In this document: in pieces, positions 27,660 to 40,200 of the stretch
How the letters are laid out: every line of letters begins with the position of its first letter
Position numbering within the stretch: position 1 is the stretch's first letter
Assembly (NCBI RefSeq): GCF_006345805.1
Contig: NC_043001.1
Span: 62,682,001 to 62,746,000, forward strand
Reading direction: 5' to 3'
Source: Octopus sinensis
Lineage: Eukaryota
Length of the DNA: 64,000 nt
Translations under genes and position numbers: made by a program
The notes under the pieces: generated by a model
What the model saw: the letters and a program-made list of their open reading frames with translations, nothing else
The model's database searches: none
What the model was told of the DNA's origin: nothing

Positions 27660-27830
27660 AATCTTTGGAATCTCGTTGCTATGTGTTCTGTTCCCAAGAA
27701 GGACAACCCCTCTGACTTTTTAATCTACCAGCCTATCACTCATTTCCAGTATCTTCAAGGTAATGGAGGCAGATATTAATGCCCGTGTTCTCTGACACAT
27801 TGAATTTTCACACACCTTAATAACCACCTG
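27660..27830 (+). mobile_element. Short LINE RT remnant
   Basis: GTTCCCAAGAAGG...TACCAGCCTATCACTC...AAGGTAATGGAG resembles PKKG..YRPISL..SKVME. Confidence 0.5.
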
Positions 27831-28407
27831 TGTGTTTTTCGCAACCAACCTCCAAAATTAGCATCACAACTACCATCTACTGGAGACTATATAGTGCGCT
27901 TTCCCTCTTAAGGAGTGTTGTTGCCTTTAACATAAGGAAAGCCTATGGGCTTCATCTGTCTGTCATTATTAGGAGTGATTACTTCCAAGTAGATTGCACT
28001 GTTATGAAAATGCTGATGTTCCACAAACATTCTAAACAGCATCTGTTGAAAAGGCACTCCAATAATTGCCTTAAAGTTAACCATTGAGACTTTCTAGTAT
28101 CTGACCCTGGTGCTGGTTGCCTTCTTCTGCCTCCTCTAACGCTACTGCAGTGCTCCTTCCTCTTTGAGGCTGACAGGTTTCATACTACTATTGTACAAAC
28201 TTTTCCAGATCACTCATTTCTCATCCTCACATCACCCATGATATATCCAGCATCCCAGGACTCGGGCAAATCAATATGTTTCAAATGTCAGCTCTGTGGT
28301 ACCCTTGATCAATGTCATTTCATGTCCTTCCATCTATGTATGCATGTGTGTGTGGGAGTATATGTGTATGTATATGTGAGCAAGTATCTGTGTTTACATG
28401 TGTAAAT

Positions 28408-28449
<42 letters not shown>

Positions 28450-28579
28450 ATTGCATCATCATCATTATTAACGTGTTTGCCATGCTGGCATGGATTGGAA
28501 AGCTTGGCAGGAACTGGCCAGTCAGAAGTAAATGGTGTCATCTTCTGACTTTTGAGCATTACAAACACACATCAAATAA

Positions 28580-28870
28580 CGATGTATATATGTGAATGTA
28601 CATATATATGCATTTATGTGTATACAATCATATACCTTTATGTATGTACAAACATTTGCATTTAGATATGTATGAACATGTACATTTATGTATGTATATG
28701 TATATATATGTGTGTATCTGTACACATCCTTTTATGTATGTACATACATGTGACTTTATATATGTATATCGATATGCATATATATATATATATGTGTGTG
28801 TGTGCATATATATATATATATATACATACACACACATACATAGGTATTTATATATGTATATGTATGCATA
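28580..28870. repeat. Compound (TA)/(TG)/(TATG) microsatellite
   Basis: Directly visible low-complexity alternating purine-pyrimidine sequence. Confidence 0.9.
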
Positions 28871-28874
28871 GATC

Positions 28875-28974
28875 NNNNNNNNNNNNNNNNNNNNNNNNNN
28901 NNNNNNNNNNNNNNNNNNNNNNNNNNNNNNNNNNNNNNNNNNNNNNNNNNNNNNNNNNNNNNNNNNNNNNNNNN
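28875..28974. other. Assembly gap (100 N)
   Basis: Exactly 100 Ns, so the real gap size is probably unknown. Confidence 0.99.
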
Positions 28975-29057
28975 TCTATCTTCTAATTAGCCTTAATATC
29001 TTCCTGTCTTCTCTCGAACATAATTAGATAGATAAACGGATAGACGGATTATCCAGC

Positions 29058-29968
29058 ATGTCCAGAACATGGAGACGTGACGAGCTGGATTTATTCGTAC
29101 GAGCATGGGAGTGCGCCGGCAGAGATAGCCCTAGCGAGGTGATTGCGGCTGCGCTGAAGAGCAGAGGCTACAAGAGGACGGCGGCTCAGATGGAGCGAAA
29201 GAGACAGGAATTCGTGCGCTCATATGCGCTTGTACGGTCGCACATTGGCGCACTTGATGCCATCTTTGAGAACGAGCGGGGCAAAGATGGCAAGAATGGA
29301 GACGATGAAAGAAGTCACCCCCACCTGGTGGACGCCCGGGAGGAGGTTTTGAATGAGAAACCTGCCCGGGAAGTGAACCCAGGTGCAAGTTCTCCAACTG
29401 GCAGCAAGGGCCATGGAGACGGAGAACCCGGTGAAGAGGTAGAGGGAGGAAGAAGAACTAAAAGAAGGACTGGAAGAGCTAAAGGAAAAGAAAAAGCTCA
29501 AGCAGGACCAAAGAGTGAAACAACCAGGATAGAAGTGGAACCGCAAAGGATGGAACCAAACAGCGCACACGGGTGTGTATGTTCTACCTGAGAGGTTCCT
29601 GCTGGCATGGAAAGGAAGGTGCAGGCTGCCGCTTTGCACATCGGGGACCCTGCCACAGAGACACGAGGCAGATGGACAAACCATCAACACAAAGAAAAGG
29701 GATGGACCACGCACCACCTGCCCCAAAGCGGAGGTACGCAGATGTTGTGCGCGCCACAAACAGCCAACATGATGTTGTCGAAAGAGCAGCTGCTGAGCAA
29801 CAATCTTTTTTGTGCATGGCACAAAAGATTGTACAGCAGCTGACCTGGCTTCATCAAACCGAAACCCGCAGGTGGGACTACCCACTATATACCAGACCAC
29901 CACAGCAAACAGACACAGGATGGACACCGCCGGCAACAACGTACACCTCACCTCGATACTCCTACTGA
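29058..29968 (+). CDS. LINE ORF1 (one frameshift near 29570): Myb/SANT-like N-terminus, charged linker, CCCH zinc finger, Pro/Thr/Gln-rich tail
   Basis: MSRTWRRDELDLFVRAW...EVIAAALKSRGYKRTAAQMERKRQEFVRSY, then CMFYLRGSCWHGKEGAGCRFAH (C-x7-C-x8-C-x3-H) in the -1 frame. Confidence 0.75.
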
Positions 29969-32916
29969 ACATCAGAGGACTGCAAACACTCAGTAACAGG
30001 ACAAAGATCCCGTTCCTGAGAGACTTTGTTGCATGCAATCAAGCCATATGCATAGCACTTACAGAAACGCACCTGAAACCGGACATAGCAGATGCGGAGT
30101 TACACATACCACAGTATGCTGTACTACGGACCGACAGGAAAGAAAGGAGTCATGGAGGTGTTGCTATGTACATCCGTGAGGACCTCACACCCCAGGTCCT
30201 CTTGTCATACTCAAACTCGGTGTGTGACACACTAATTGTACATATTAAGCAACTTGATGTAGTTGTGTGTGCTACATATCGCCCTCCAGATGCCCCAAGC
30301 CATGTGGGCAAGTTTGAAGACTGCCTTATAAAAATAGAAGAAATTCTAACCACATTAGAACAACACATAGGTGTGCTTCTTATGGGAGACTTCAATCTGC
30401 CCAATGTCAGATGGCCCGAGGGCCTTTCTCTCCCAGGAATGACAAGATGTGAACGGAGGACAGGCGAGGTCCCTCCTGAACCTCATCAACACCCTGTACA
30501 TGGAGCAGGTAATACTCCAACCAACCAGGGCAGGTAACACACTGGATCTCTGCTTCACAAATGACATGGATCTCATCCATAATGTGAAAGTGACACCGAC
30601 ACTACTCTCGGATCACAACATGATAGAGCTGACCATGTACGGGCCAAAAGAGAGCACGGACATGCAGCCTACAAGAAACCCTCAAAATCTTTCCAGCTTG
30701 AACTACCATAAGGCAAACTGGAAACAAATTGAGAAAGAGATCCTCAAACAAAACTGGCCTAAATGTCTCTCCTCGCCAGACATCGACGTGAAACTTCAAC
30801 AATTCATGTCTGTAATGCAAGCCATATGCTACAAATGTGTCCCAGAGAGAAAGGCCACTGTACACAAGAACAAAATCCCCAGAGAGAGGAAAATCTTAAT
30901 GAGATGGCGTACGAAATTTTCAAATCGCCTAAACAAACAGACTGAAAGCAGTGAAAAGTCCCGCCTAAAAATAAAACTGTTGGAAATCGAAAAATGTCTG
31001 CAACTCTCCCATGAAAAAGAAAGAGCAGACAAAGAAGCCTGGGCTATAGAAAACATAAAATCTAACCCCAGAGCTTTCTACAGGTATGCCAAAGAAACAG
31101 CTACAGTGCACTGTAGAATAGGGCCACTCCTCGAAAAGGATGGCACACTTACAGGAAAACCAATGAGGGTAAGTGAAATTCTGAATGAGCAATTCAAGAG
31201 CGTTTTCACTCCACCCCTTGGGCATCTCCAAATCACCAATCCAACTGACTTTTTTACCACTGCAGATATAAAATCAGAGGCGGCGACGATAGATTACATC
31301 GATATAAAGGAAGACGATGTAACCAAGGCTATAGATGAAATGAAAACAGACTCAGCTACTGGCCCCGATGGATTCCCGGCAATCCTCCTAAAAGCATGTA
31401 AGAGAGTCCTAGCAAGACCACTGCAGTTCCTCTTTCAGAGCTTCCTTGCAGCTGGCAAACTTCCAGGAAAACTGAAGGAAGGTAAAATATGCCCCATTCA
31501 TAAAGGAGGTAGCAGAGCGAAAGCCAAGAACTATAGACCTATCTCTCTGACCTCACACATCAGCAAGGTCATGGAACGAATAGTCAGAAGGAAGCTGATC
31601 ACCTTCCTTGAAGAGAATGACTTGCTGCCCGACACCCAACATGGTTTCCGACCAGGGAGAAGCTGTTTAACTCAGCTCCTACAACACTATGACTGGGTGC
31701 TGAAACGGCTGCTCAACCACTCAAATGTGGAAGTGATATATCTCGACTTTGCAAAGGCCTTTGATAAAGTCGATCATGGAATGATATGTCACAAACTGCG
31801 TGATCTCAACATAGTTGGAAAACTGGGAGAATGGCTTCATGACTTTCTGAAGGATAGAAGTCAGGTGGTAGTAGCCAATGGGGCCACCTCCATTAACACA
31901 CAAATAGTGAGCGGTGTTCCGCAGGGCACTGTTCTGGGACCACTACTGTTCATAATGGCCCTCTCAGACATGCCCTCAGCCACGCAGAGAGCCACGATCA
32001 CAAGTTATGCAGATGATACAAAAGTTTCACAGGCAATACAGAACCCTGGGGACACTAAACACCTGCAATGTGAGCTGGACGAAATATACAAGTGGGCTGA
32101 AAAGAATAGCATGCAGTTCAATGCTGGAAGTTTCAAGCTTTATACTATCAGCATGCAAAACTGAATGCAATACCCAATGAATACACTGGACCCGGAGGGA
32201 TTGCAATCCCAGAGGCACAATCAGTGCGTGACCTGGGTATTCACATGAGTGATGACGCGACCTTTCATGTACATGTTGCTAAACTGACAATGAAATGCAG
32301 ACGGCTGGCTGGATGGATTCTTAGAACCTTTAGAACAAGAGAACAAGAAACCATGATGGTCCTCTGGAAGACACTTGTCCTAAGCCACTTTGACTATTGC
32401 TCTCAGCTATGGTCACCATCCAGTGTCAAGTTGATCACAGAACTTGAGGCGATCCAACGAAGCTACACAAAGAAGATAGCCTCTATGCAGAATGTAAGCT
32501 ACTGGGAAAGACTCAAGAGATTAAAATTATATTCCCTGGAGCGTAGGCGGGAAAGATATGCCATAATATACATCTGGAAGATCCTGGAGGGAAGTGTCCT
32601 GAACTTTGGCATCGAGAGTTACGCAAATGCCAGAACTGGGCGCCACTGCGTGGTGCCTAGGACTCCAAACCTGCCATCAAGATGTAGGACAAGATTCTGT
32701 GATAGCCTGGGCTTCCGAGGCCCACAGCTCTTCAATATCCTCCAGAAGAACCTGAGAGACCTGCATGGGGTGGATACAGATGTCTTTAAAATGAAGCTGG
32801 ATCTCTTCCTGTCAGGTGTCCCAGATGAACCAACTTCACGGCAGGAGGGGCAGATGAGGGCAGCTGCATCGAACTCTCTCATGCACCAAATAGCAGTTGC
32901 TAGAAAGCCTCCATGA
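29920..32916 (+). CDS. LINE ORF2: AP endonuclease + reverse transcriptase (frameshifts near 30455 and 32130)
   Basis: APE motifs NIRGL, ALTETHL, YRPP, GDFN, SDH. RT motifs NYRPISLTS, QHGFRPGRSC, LDFAKAFD, GVPQGTVLGPLLF, YADD. CR1-like C-terminus DYCSQLWSP and SLERRR. Confidence 0.92.
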
Positions 32917-33016
32917 AGTGAAACCAAGTAGCAACACCAAATGGCGGTGCCCCAGCATGGCCACAGCTCATAAGCTGAAACTAGAATCAATCAATCAATC
33001 AATCATATATATATAT

Positions 33017-33059
<43 letters not shown>

Positions 33060-33230
33060 CCACAAAACTTGACTCGAAAAGGATGTAGGTAATTCTACCG
33101 GGTGGTGTTATTAGCATGGCTTCAATCAATCTTTGGTCGAAACATATCTAATTTTATCTACGTTTTATATAATACAATACAAACATATATTATAAATATC
33201 GTATGATATTTATATTATATACACATATGT

Positions 33231-33290
33231 AATGGCGGTGCCCCAGCATAGCCACAGCGCGTGAGCTGAAACTAGGTAAAAAAAAAAAAA
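33231..33290 (+). mobile_element. Extremely 5'-truncated copy of the CR1-group LINE 3' end
   Basis: AATGGCGGTGCCCCAGCATAGCCACAGCGCGTGAGCTGAAACTAG plus an A-tail; matches 32940-32985. Confidence 0.8.
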
Positions 33291-33620
33291 TATATAATAT
33301 ACATTATATATGTATATTATACATATATATTATACATCATCATCATCGTTTAACAACCGCTTCATATGCTAGCAGGTGTCGGACAATTTACCTGAGGACT
33401 GGCGAAGTAGATGGCTGCACCATGCTCCAATCTGATCTGGCATAGTTTCTACAGCTGGATGCCCTTCCCAACGCCAACCACTCCGAGTTGTACAATGTAT
33501 TTATTAATTTTAAACAGATTCTGGCAGATTTAGATGTGACTATCTTGTTTGTCAATGGAGAACACTCTCATGTAGATAATGCATGTAATACATGTAATTC
33601 AATAGTGCAGAATTTCAAAT

Positions 33621-33919
33621 AGATCTGTTGAGTTAAGCTCACAGATTTTTTAATTAACGTTTTCTAATCCGTTTGAAACTTCGTATATTGGTGGAATTTC
33701 TCATGCAGAACATGGTTTGCTGTGAACAAATTTGTATTTGGGTAATTTTAACCAATCAATGATGCATATTATTTGAAGAAAGCTACTGCTGTTTGTGATA
33801 GTAATTGAAGAGGAACAACTGCGTTGTGTGTGAAAAATTCCCCCAGTATACTAAGTTTCAAACTCTTTAGTTAAAAAATAATTAATTAAAAAAACATGTG
33901 CACCAAACTGAACAGATCC
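33621..33919. mobile_element. Older Merlin-like MITE
   Basis: Imperfect TIRs AGATCTGTTGAGTT...AACTGAACAGATCC, flanked by TTTCAAAT / TTTCAACC. Internal similarity to the 19808 MITE arms. Confidence 0.65.
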
Positions 33920-34124
33920 TTTCAACCTTATTTGCATTTTCAGTCAAAGCTAACCCACCAGATGAGAATCTAAGAGCACAAGATCTTGCTCATGTATAAC
34001 AGCAAACAGAATGGTGCTATTGAGTAGTCTGGCATGTATGGGTTTGTCCAGTATTGCTTTGAGTACTTCCTTTATTGAGGTAAAGGCCTTCCATCTTAAC
34101 TTTATTCTCTACAAGATTTCAGCA

Positions 34125-34492
34125 TTGCCAGCGCCACCCCGACTGGCCTCCGTGCCGGTGGCACGTAAAAAGCACCATCCGTTCGTGGCCGTTGCCAGCC
34201 TCGCCTGGCCCCCGTGCGGTTGGCACGTAAAAAGCACCATCCGATCGTGGCCGTTGCCAGCCTCGCCTGGCCCGTACAAAGGACCATCCGTCCGTGGCCG
34301 TTTGCCAGCTCCGTCTGGCACATAAAAAGCACCCACTACACTCACAGAGTGGTTGGCGTTAGGAAGGGCATCCAGCCGTAGAAACACTGCCAGATCTGAC
34401 TGGGCCTGATGCAGCCTTCTGACTTCACAGACCCCAGTTGAACCGTCCAACCCATGCTAGCATGGAAAGCGGACGCTAAATGATGATGATGA
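34125..34492 (+). repeat. RTE 3'-UTR-derived repeat with internal ~60-bp tandem units
   Basis: Matches 54400-54655. Related copies at about 4225-4560, 6860-6980, 9273-9470(-), 13613-13800(-), 20049-20230(-), 33335-33488(-), 41280-41640(-), 46838-47030(-) and 47877-48060(-). Confidence 0.85.
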
Positions 34493-34559
34493 TATTTACC
34501 ACTTATTTACTATGTGCTCTAAGTCGACATACTCCTTAATTTCATCACATCCCGCCTCC

Positions 34560-35600
34560 ATTTAGCTTTGTACTATGTTTTCAGATTGCAAGTATTTTTT
34601 TTGTTTTTTATGTGGTTCATTTTAAGGCCTACTGCTGAGCTGTTGGATTCCAGCTTTGTCTACGGTTTTGACTATGAGTAACAATGCTATCTGCAAATTG
34701 TAGTTATGTTAAGTCTCCCATTGATGTTCACATCATGTTCAGTCAGTGTTGCTGGTGACCATTTCTAGACAAGGAGTAAAGAGTTTTAGATAGAAGGTAT
34801 CTCCTTGTTTGATGCCCTTCTCAGCTGAAACTCTTACCAGTGGCCCTAGTAAAGTTATATCAGTGGTGCATCCATGAGCAGAGTATCACACTTTGACATT
34901 TAGCATTTCCAGAAATTTTAGTACTACCTTCATTCTGATGTTATGGAAGGTATTTTCAAAGTTGACAAAAGCAATGTGGAGGCAGCTTGTATTCTTCATC
35001 TGTTCTATAAACTGTGTTGAGTGAATGCATCATCCATCATACTGTAATTCTTTTGTAAATCTGCTTACTTCCTCAACTGTTGGTTGATATGCTTCATAGT
35101 CTGGTGACTATGACTTTTGTAAACAGTTAATAGCAGTGTGACAAGAGGTATATGGGGCAAAGTTTCAATAGTGTTTTTTATCACCCTTCTTACGAAGCAA
35201 GATGGTATTTGAGTCTTTACCTGTGTAAGCATTTTACCCTCCTTCAGATAGTGATCAAAGCATAGAATGAGGATTTTTCCACAGCTCTTCACCTCCACAC
35301 CTTAACATCTCTTTTATTATGTCATCTTTTCTGGGAGCTTTGTTTCTGCTTTCATCAGCTTGAGGGCATTTTCAATTTCAAGGACCAGAATAAGTGGCAC
35401 TTCTTCCAACATTTGCAACTATAAAGGATCAATCTTCACTGATGATTTAAAAAAGGTTGATGTAGAAGGTTTAGCATGCCTTTTCCATCTCAACTTTGTA
35501 ACTGTACATCTGTCCTTGATCTTAACCACTATTAACCTCTGACCTATAGAGTGCCAGCTTTCTCCTACATCTCTTTAGACTTTATATATATTCTGTATAA
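34560..35600 (-). mobile_element. Old LINE RT remnant (probably another RTE family)
   Basis: Degenerate RT-like segments on the minus strand (HIAFVNFEN, GIKQGDT-like). Confidence 0.5.
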
Positions 35601-36899
35601 TCTGTAATCAACTTTTTGTGAAGCTGAAATGACAAAGATGGAAATACTTCAAAAACCAAATTAACAAGTTTCATTTTTGTTAAATTTGTTTTATTTCAAT
35701 AGAAACTTGAATTTTTAACCGATAGCCCAAAATCTCAAAAAAAAAAAAAAGTTATGAGAGTGGGTAAGTTGGAAACAATTATTTAGCAAAACCCATTAGG
35801 TTTTTTTAATAGAAAAAAAAAAAAAGTATACTATTAAAAAAATTATTTTCATCTTTAATATTTCCTACAGAACTCAAAAAAAAAAAAAAAAAAAAAATAT
35901 TTGTAAAATTCCGGTCCACAGGTTGATGCGATTATAAAACAAATAGCAATTTCTAACATTGCCCACAAAGATTGGGATTGGGGGGGGGGGGGGGAAGTCA
36001 ATTATTTTGAGTATAAATACTTGACTGGTCCTTATTTTTTAGGGAGAGGACAGTCAATTATATTGAATATAAATATCTGACTGGTCCTAATTTTTTATCG
36101 ACCTGAGAAGGACAGTTTAAGTTGATCCTGGTATAAAATTGGTAATATTAATGATAATATTTGTTTTTTTTCTTCTTCTTTTGGCTACATGGGCATGATA
36201 GATGAGATTTCTCAAGCAAACAAAGGAAGCCTTTATGCAACTGCCCAACCTGCTAGAAATAGCAGCCAAATCTCCCTCAAGTCATACTCCTATCATAATA
36301 TATTGAATAATGGAATTCGAAATACACAATGTTTGTAAAATAGATGGGCTGGCTATGGCCAAAGTGCCTTTGTTTATAGGTTTGTTGAATGAGAGCAGTC
36401 CTGAGTTTAAATAATAAGGACAGTGAAAAGTGTTTGTGAAATTCATGTCTTTCCTAACGGCACAGGTGACATATATAAAAGTGATTTTAAAAGGTTTCAG
36501 GTTACTGAGTGTGTTTGCTGAGAACAGCTACATCCACATGTATAATAAAGAGTTCTTAGACTGGCATAAGGCCACAGGTGCTATAGTTGATCGACTCCTG
36601 TATATACCTCAAACTCAAAGGGATGGAAGCCAAAATTTGAACTCGAAATACCAAAGGATTAAACTAAACATTGCATCAATCCAATATTTCCACTACTACT
36701 TTAACAGATAAAAAAAACCCAACAGTAATATATCTCATATGAAAGGGTCCAACAGTGGCAGTATAAATCACCAAACGACTTGTGAGTTTCTAGTTTCGCA
36801 TTCAAGAACTGAGTTATTGTCACAGTTTGTTTGAAAATCAAGGAGTTGCAGTATGACCCTTGATTGAGTGAAGAAATAAAGGAGGAGCAATGCATTTGA

Positions 36900-37210
36900 A
36901 ATAACATATACGCTGTGATGGGTTAGATAGCCAGAAAAAATTATGTGGTACTCAGCAGGTAAGAAGGGCAGTGTCTGTAATTATAACAATGTATCAAATA
37001 CAATGGTTCATGGATTATCAAAGGAGGAAAAACAACCAAAATTTAAATAGCAGTAACATATGTTTAAAATTGGAAATTGCCATTCAAATTTAAATAATAA
37101 TATTAAAAAAAAAAGCAACTGAGTGAATTTGTGATATTTTTACTTCTCATTAGTCAGAAACACTAATAAATAATTCTTGACTGAGAGCAATAACAAGTCT
37201 GTGATTTAGA

Positions 37211-37244
<34 letters not shown>

Positions 37245-40200
37245 GTGAAGAATTTTTTTCATAAAGTTGAAAATTGGTACTTAAAATCTTGAATAAACAG
37301 TACACTTTTGATGGCATATGTTTCTGTAATATTTAAATATATATTAAATTATAAGAATTTATTCAACCATATATTTGTGATATTACAGCATTGCACCAAG
37401 TGTAAAACATTCAAATATGAATCAAGTAAACTTGTTAATCATAATAAACATTTAAGATTGCATCTTTCACAAATCATTGTACAAATATATTTAGTGCTAA
37501 CTGATGAAGAATAAGCAGTAACAAAAGAGGTCAGAAACTTCTACAAAAAAAAAAAAAAATAATAAAATAAAATAAGCCACTTAATTGGACAAAATAATGT
37601 TGGAATTGTATCTAAACCCAATAATAATAATCTCTGGTGATTTTGTGAATACAAGGCCCTGGGATTCAATATGAATATTTTAATATCTTCAAATGTTTGT
37701 AAGAGCCAGTTAATAGACGTGTGTTAAATCACCAAGCTACATTAGCCATGTTGATATTTCACAGAAATCTTTCAAATATACATAATTCTACAGATAACTA
37801 AATGACAAAACATCTCGTTATCCAAAAATTCAATTATCACCATCAATTTGTTTCTGCTCTGTTTTCTTTCTTTTTTTTATTCATTTTGTTGATTTAGTAT
37901 AAAAAATAATTTGAATTATGTAGAAAGAGTAAGGTGTCATTAAAATTTCATAAGGTGTTGGATAAGAAATATCACACTTTATTTATCCACTACAACAGCA
38001 CAAAACTGCAGCAGAGCTAAGTTTTATCTTACAGGTGTTTTTTTTTTATTTTTGTTTTGTTTGGTTTTTCTTAAAATTATTATAAAAAGTAAATATTAAG
38101 ACATATTCAAGATTTGGCAGAGCTGGTACATTAAAAACAAGGCATAAAGTCAATACTTTGTACAAACATAGGAATTATGTTCTTAACTATATATATGACA
38201 TACAACACAATATATACATGGGTATGTTTGTGTGTATATGTAATATATATATACATACATACACACACACCCATGCATGCATGGGTATATCTATATGCAT
38301 ATAACATGTATGCATTGATATATGTATACACATACATAATGTGCACATACTCATATATACACATATACAAATGCTAATTCATTTAGAAAATCATTTTAAA
38401 AATGATTAATTTCTTTTTTGCTTTTCAGAGAAAAAAAAATTGCCTACACACACGCACGCACACTATAATTTTACAAAATTAAATATGTACAAAAACATCA
38501 ACAAAACCTTAATTTACAAAGTACATATCAACAATTTCTCTTCATTTGCAATCATGTTTTCCTCCCAATATAGCACCACATTGGAAAAAAATTCAAATTC
38601 ACAATGCAAGGCTGTTTTATTACAAAGATGAAGAGCCAGCTTATTTGATCTTGCACTTGAATGCTGATACATCAGAGAATTAGAAAAGGCAGATGTAATA
38701 GCTATACATGGGGAAAAAACACAGAGATTTGCTTCCAGGCACAATATAATAGGTGTGGTGACTAGATTGGAAGCAAGTTAAAAGATTTGTAACTGGATAG
38801 AGTAATCTTTGCAAAGTTATATGGAAAAAGGAAGAAGCAAAGCTATGTATTAAGCAGTAATTATATAATTATTCTGATACATGATGTCAATGGTGTGGTT
38901 TCAATGCCTCATCAACAACGAAGTGTCAATGTTTTGAGGGGAAATTATTCAGAAGTAGTCTCATGTATCATACTTATTTTAACCTCAAAAACTGAACTGG
39001 TTCGGACTAGCAACATTAATGACATGAACTGAAAAATATGAGAAAAAAAGGTAAATGTCAAAGTTGAAAATCTAAAACAAATATTATTCTGGATGTAAAT
39101 TAGTCTACTGAATATTGTAGTTATCTTCCTTTGAACTAACTTTTGACGTTTGCTTAGAGAATGTGGAAAGACTATGAAAAGGACAGTCACAGAGAACATC
39201 ATGAAATAATAACTACTTAGGAGTGAGAGAGAGAGAGATAATGTAGAGGTGGAAACAAGGCACTTTATAACTAAAAGACAGCAATGTAATCATTTTTTTT
39301 TTTGGTATGGCATAAAATATTAGGTATTGATTGTACTGTTAATTTTCCATAACAATCAGTAGAAAGAGGTATATTTTCCTGCAAACACTAACAAGGCATT
39401 GGTAAGAACTAATGTTTGCAACAATTCTATGGAGTTAATGGACTAAGTGGACAGTATCTGGAAATAATCTGTTCACTTTGGAGGGTTTTCTGACATTGCT
39501 TAACAATAGTAAAAGAAAAAAAACAAAAGTGACAAAAGGTTTCTGTTTAGAGTGTTCAACTAACATTCTTTTTTTAGATAAATTTTGAAGTTAAATAGAT
39601 ATTAGCTGCCAAAGACTTTTCAACAAACTATAATTGTTGAGAAGATATGAAGTGAAGGTAAAAACTCCTTCCCACTCTATTGAAAAATCAGTTTTAATAT
39701 ATTTTGAAATATTAACAACAGTTAAAATATTCTCTTCCTGCTCCTCATCACCCATCAAATAAGAAAAAGTTTATAAAAACAGCTGTGTGAACAATGCAAA
39801 GAATTATCATTTCTCAATATATTTAGTTTAATGAAAAAGTAAAAGAGTGTTTTAGTGGAGGGATAGATAACTTCCAAATATTTTTGGATGCTAGCATACC
39901 TGACAGTGTAGATGACAGCAGCACTACATATGCTTAGTGCACTTTCTTTTTCCTCACAATCTTAGCTAAAATGGAAATAATAAATAAAGAAAAAGGATCT
40001 TCAAGAAGAGGAAACAGATGAAATCTTAATGTTTCATAAGGTAAGTACATGTGTCAGGTTTGTCAAATATTTTTACCCGAAGTCAATTACTGACCAAGGA
40101 GGAAAATCTCTTAAGCCTTGTTAACATTATGAAACAGAATAAAAGAGAATATAGTTGACAAAGCAACTACACACTCAACTCAAGTGAAAAGCTTCAGCAA

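Larger units (their letters stand above)
28975..33005 (+). mobile_element. Near full-length CR1-group (APE-RT) LINE
   Basis: GC-richer block with ORF1, an overlapping ORF2, a short 3' UTR with hairpins and a (TCAA)n tail. The 5' end abuts the assembly gap. Confidence 0.93.

Noticed and set aside
29220-30038. 272-aa minus-strand ORF and other antisense ORFs in the LINE
   Set aside because: Shadow frames of GC-richer LINE coding sequence with no motifs.
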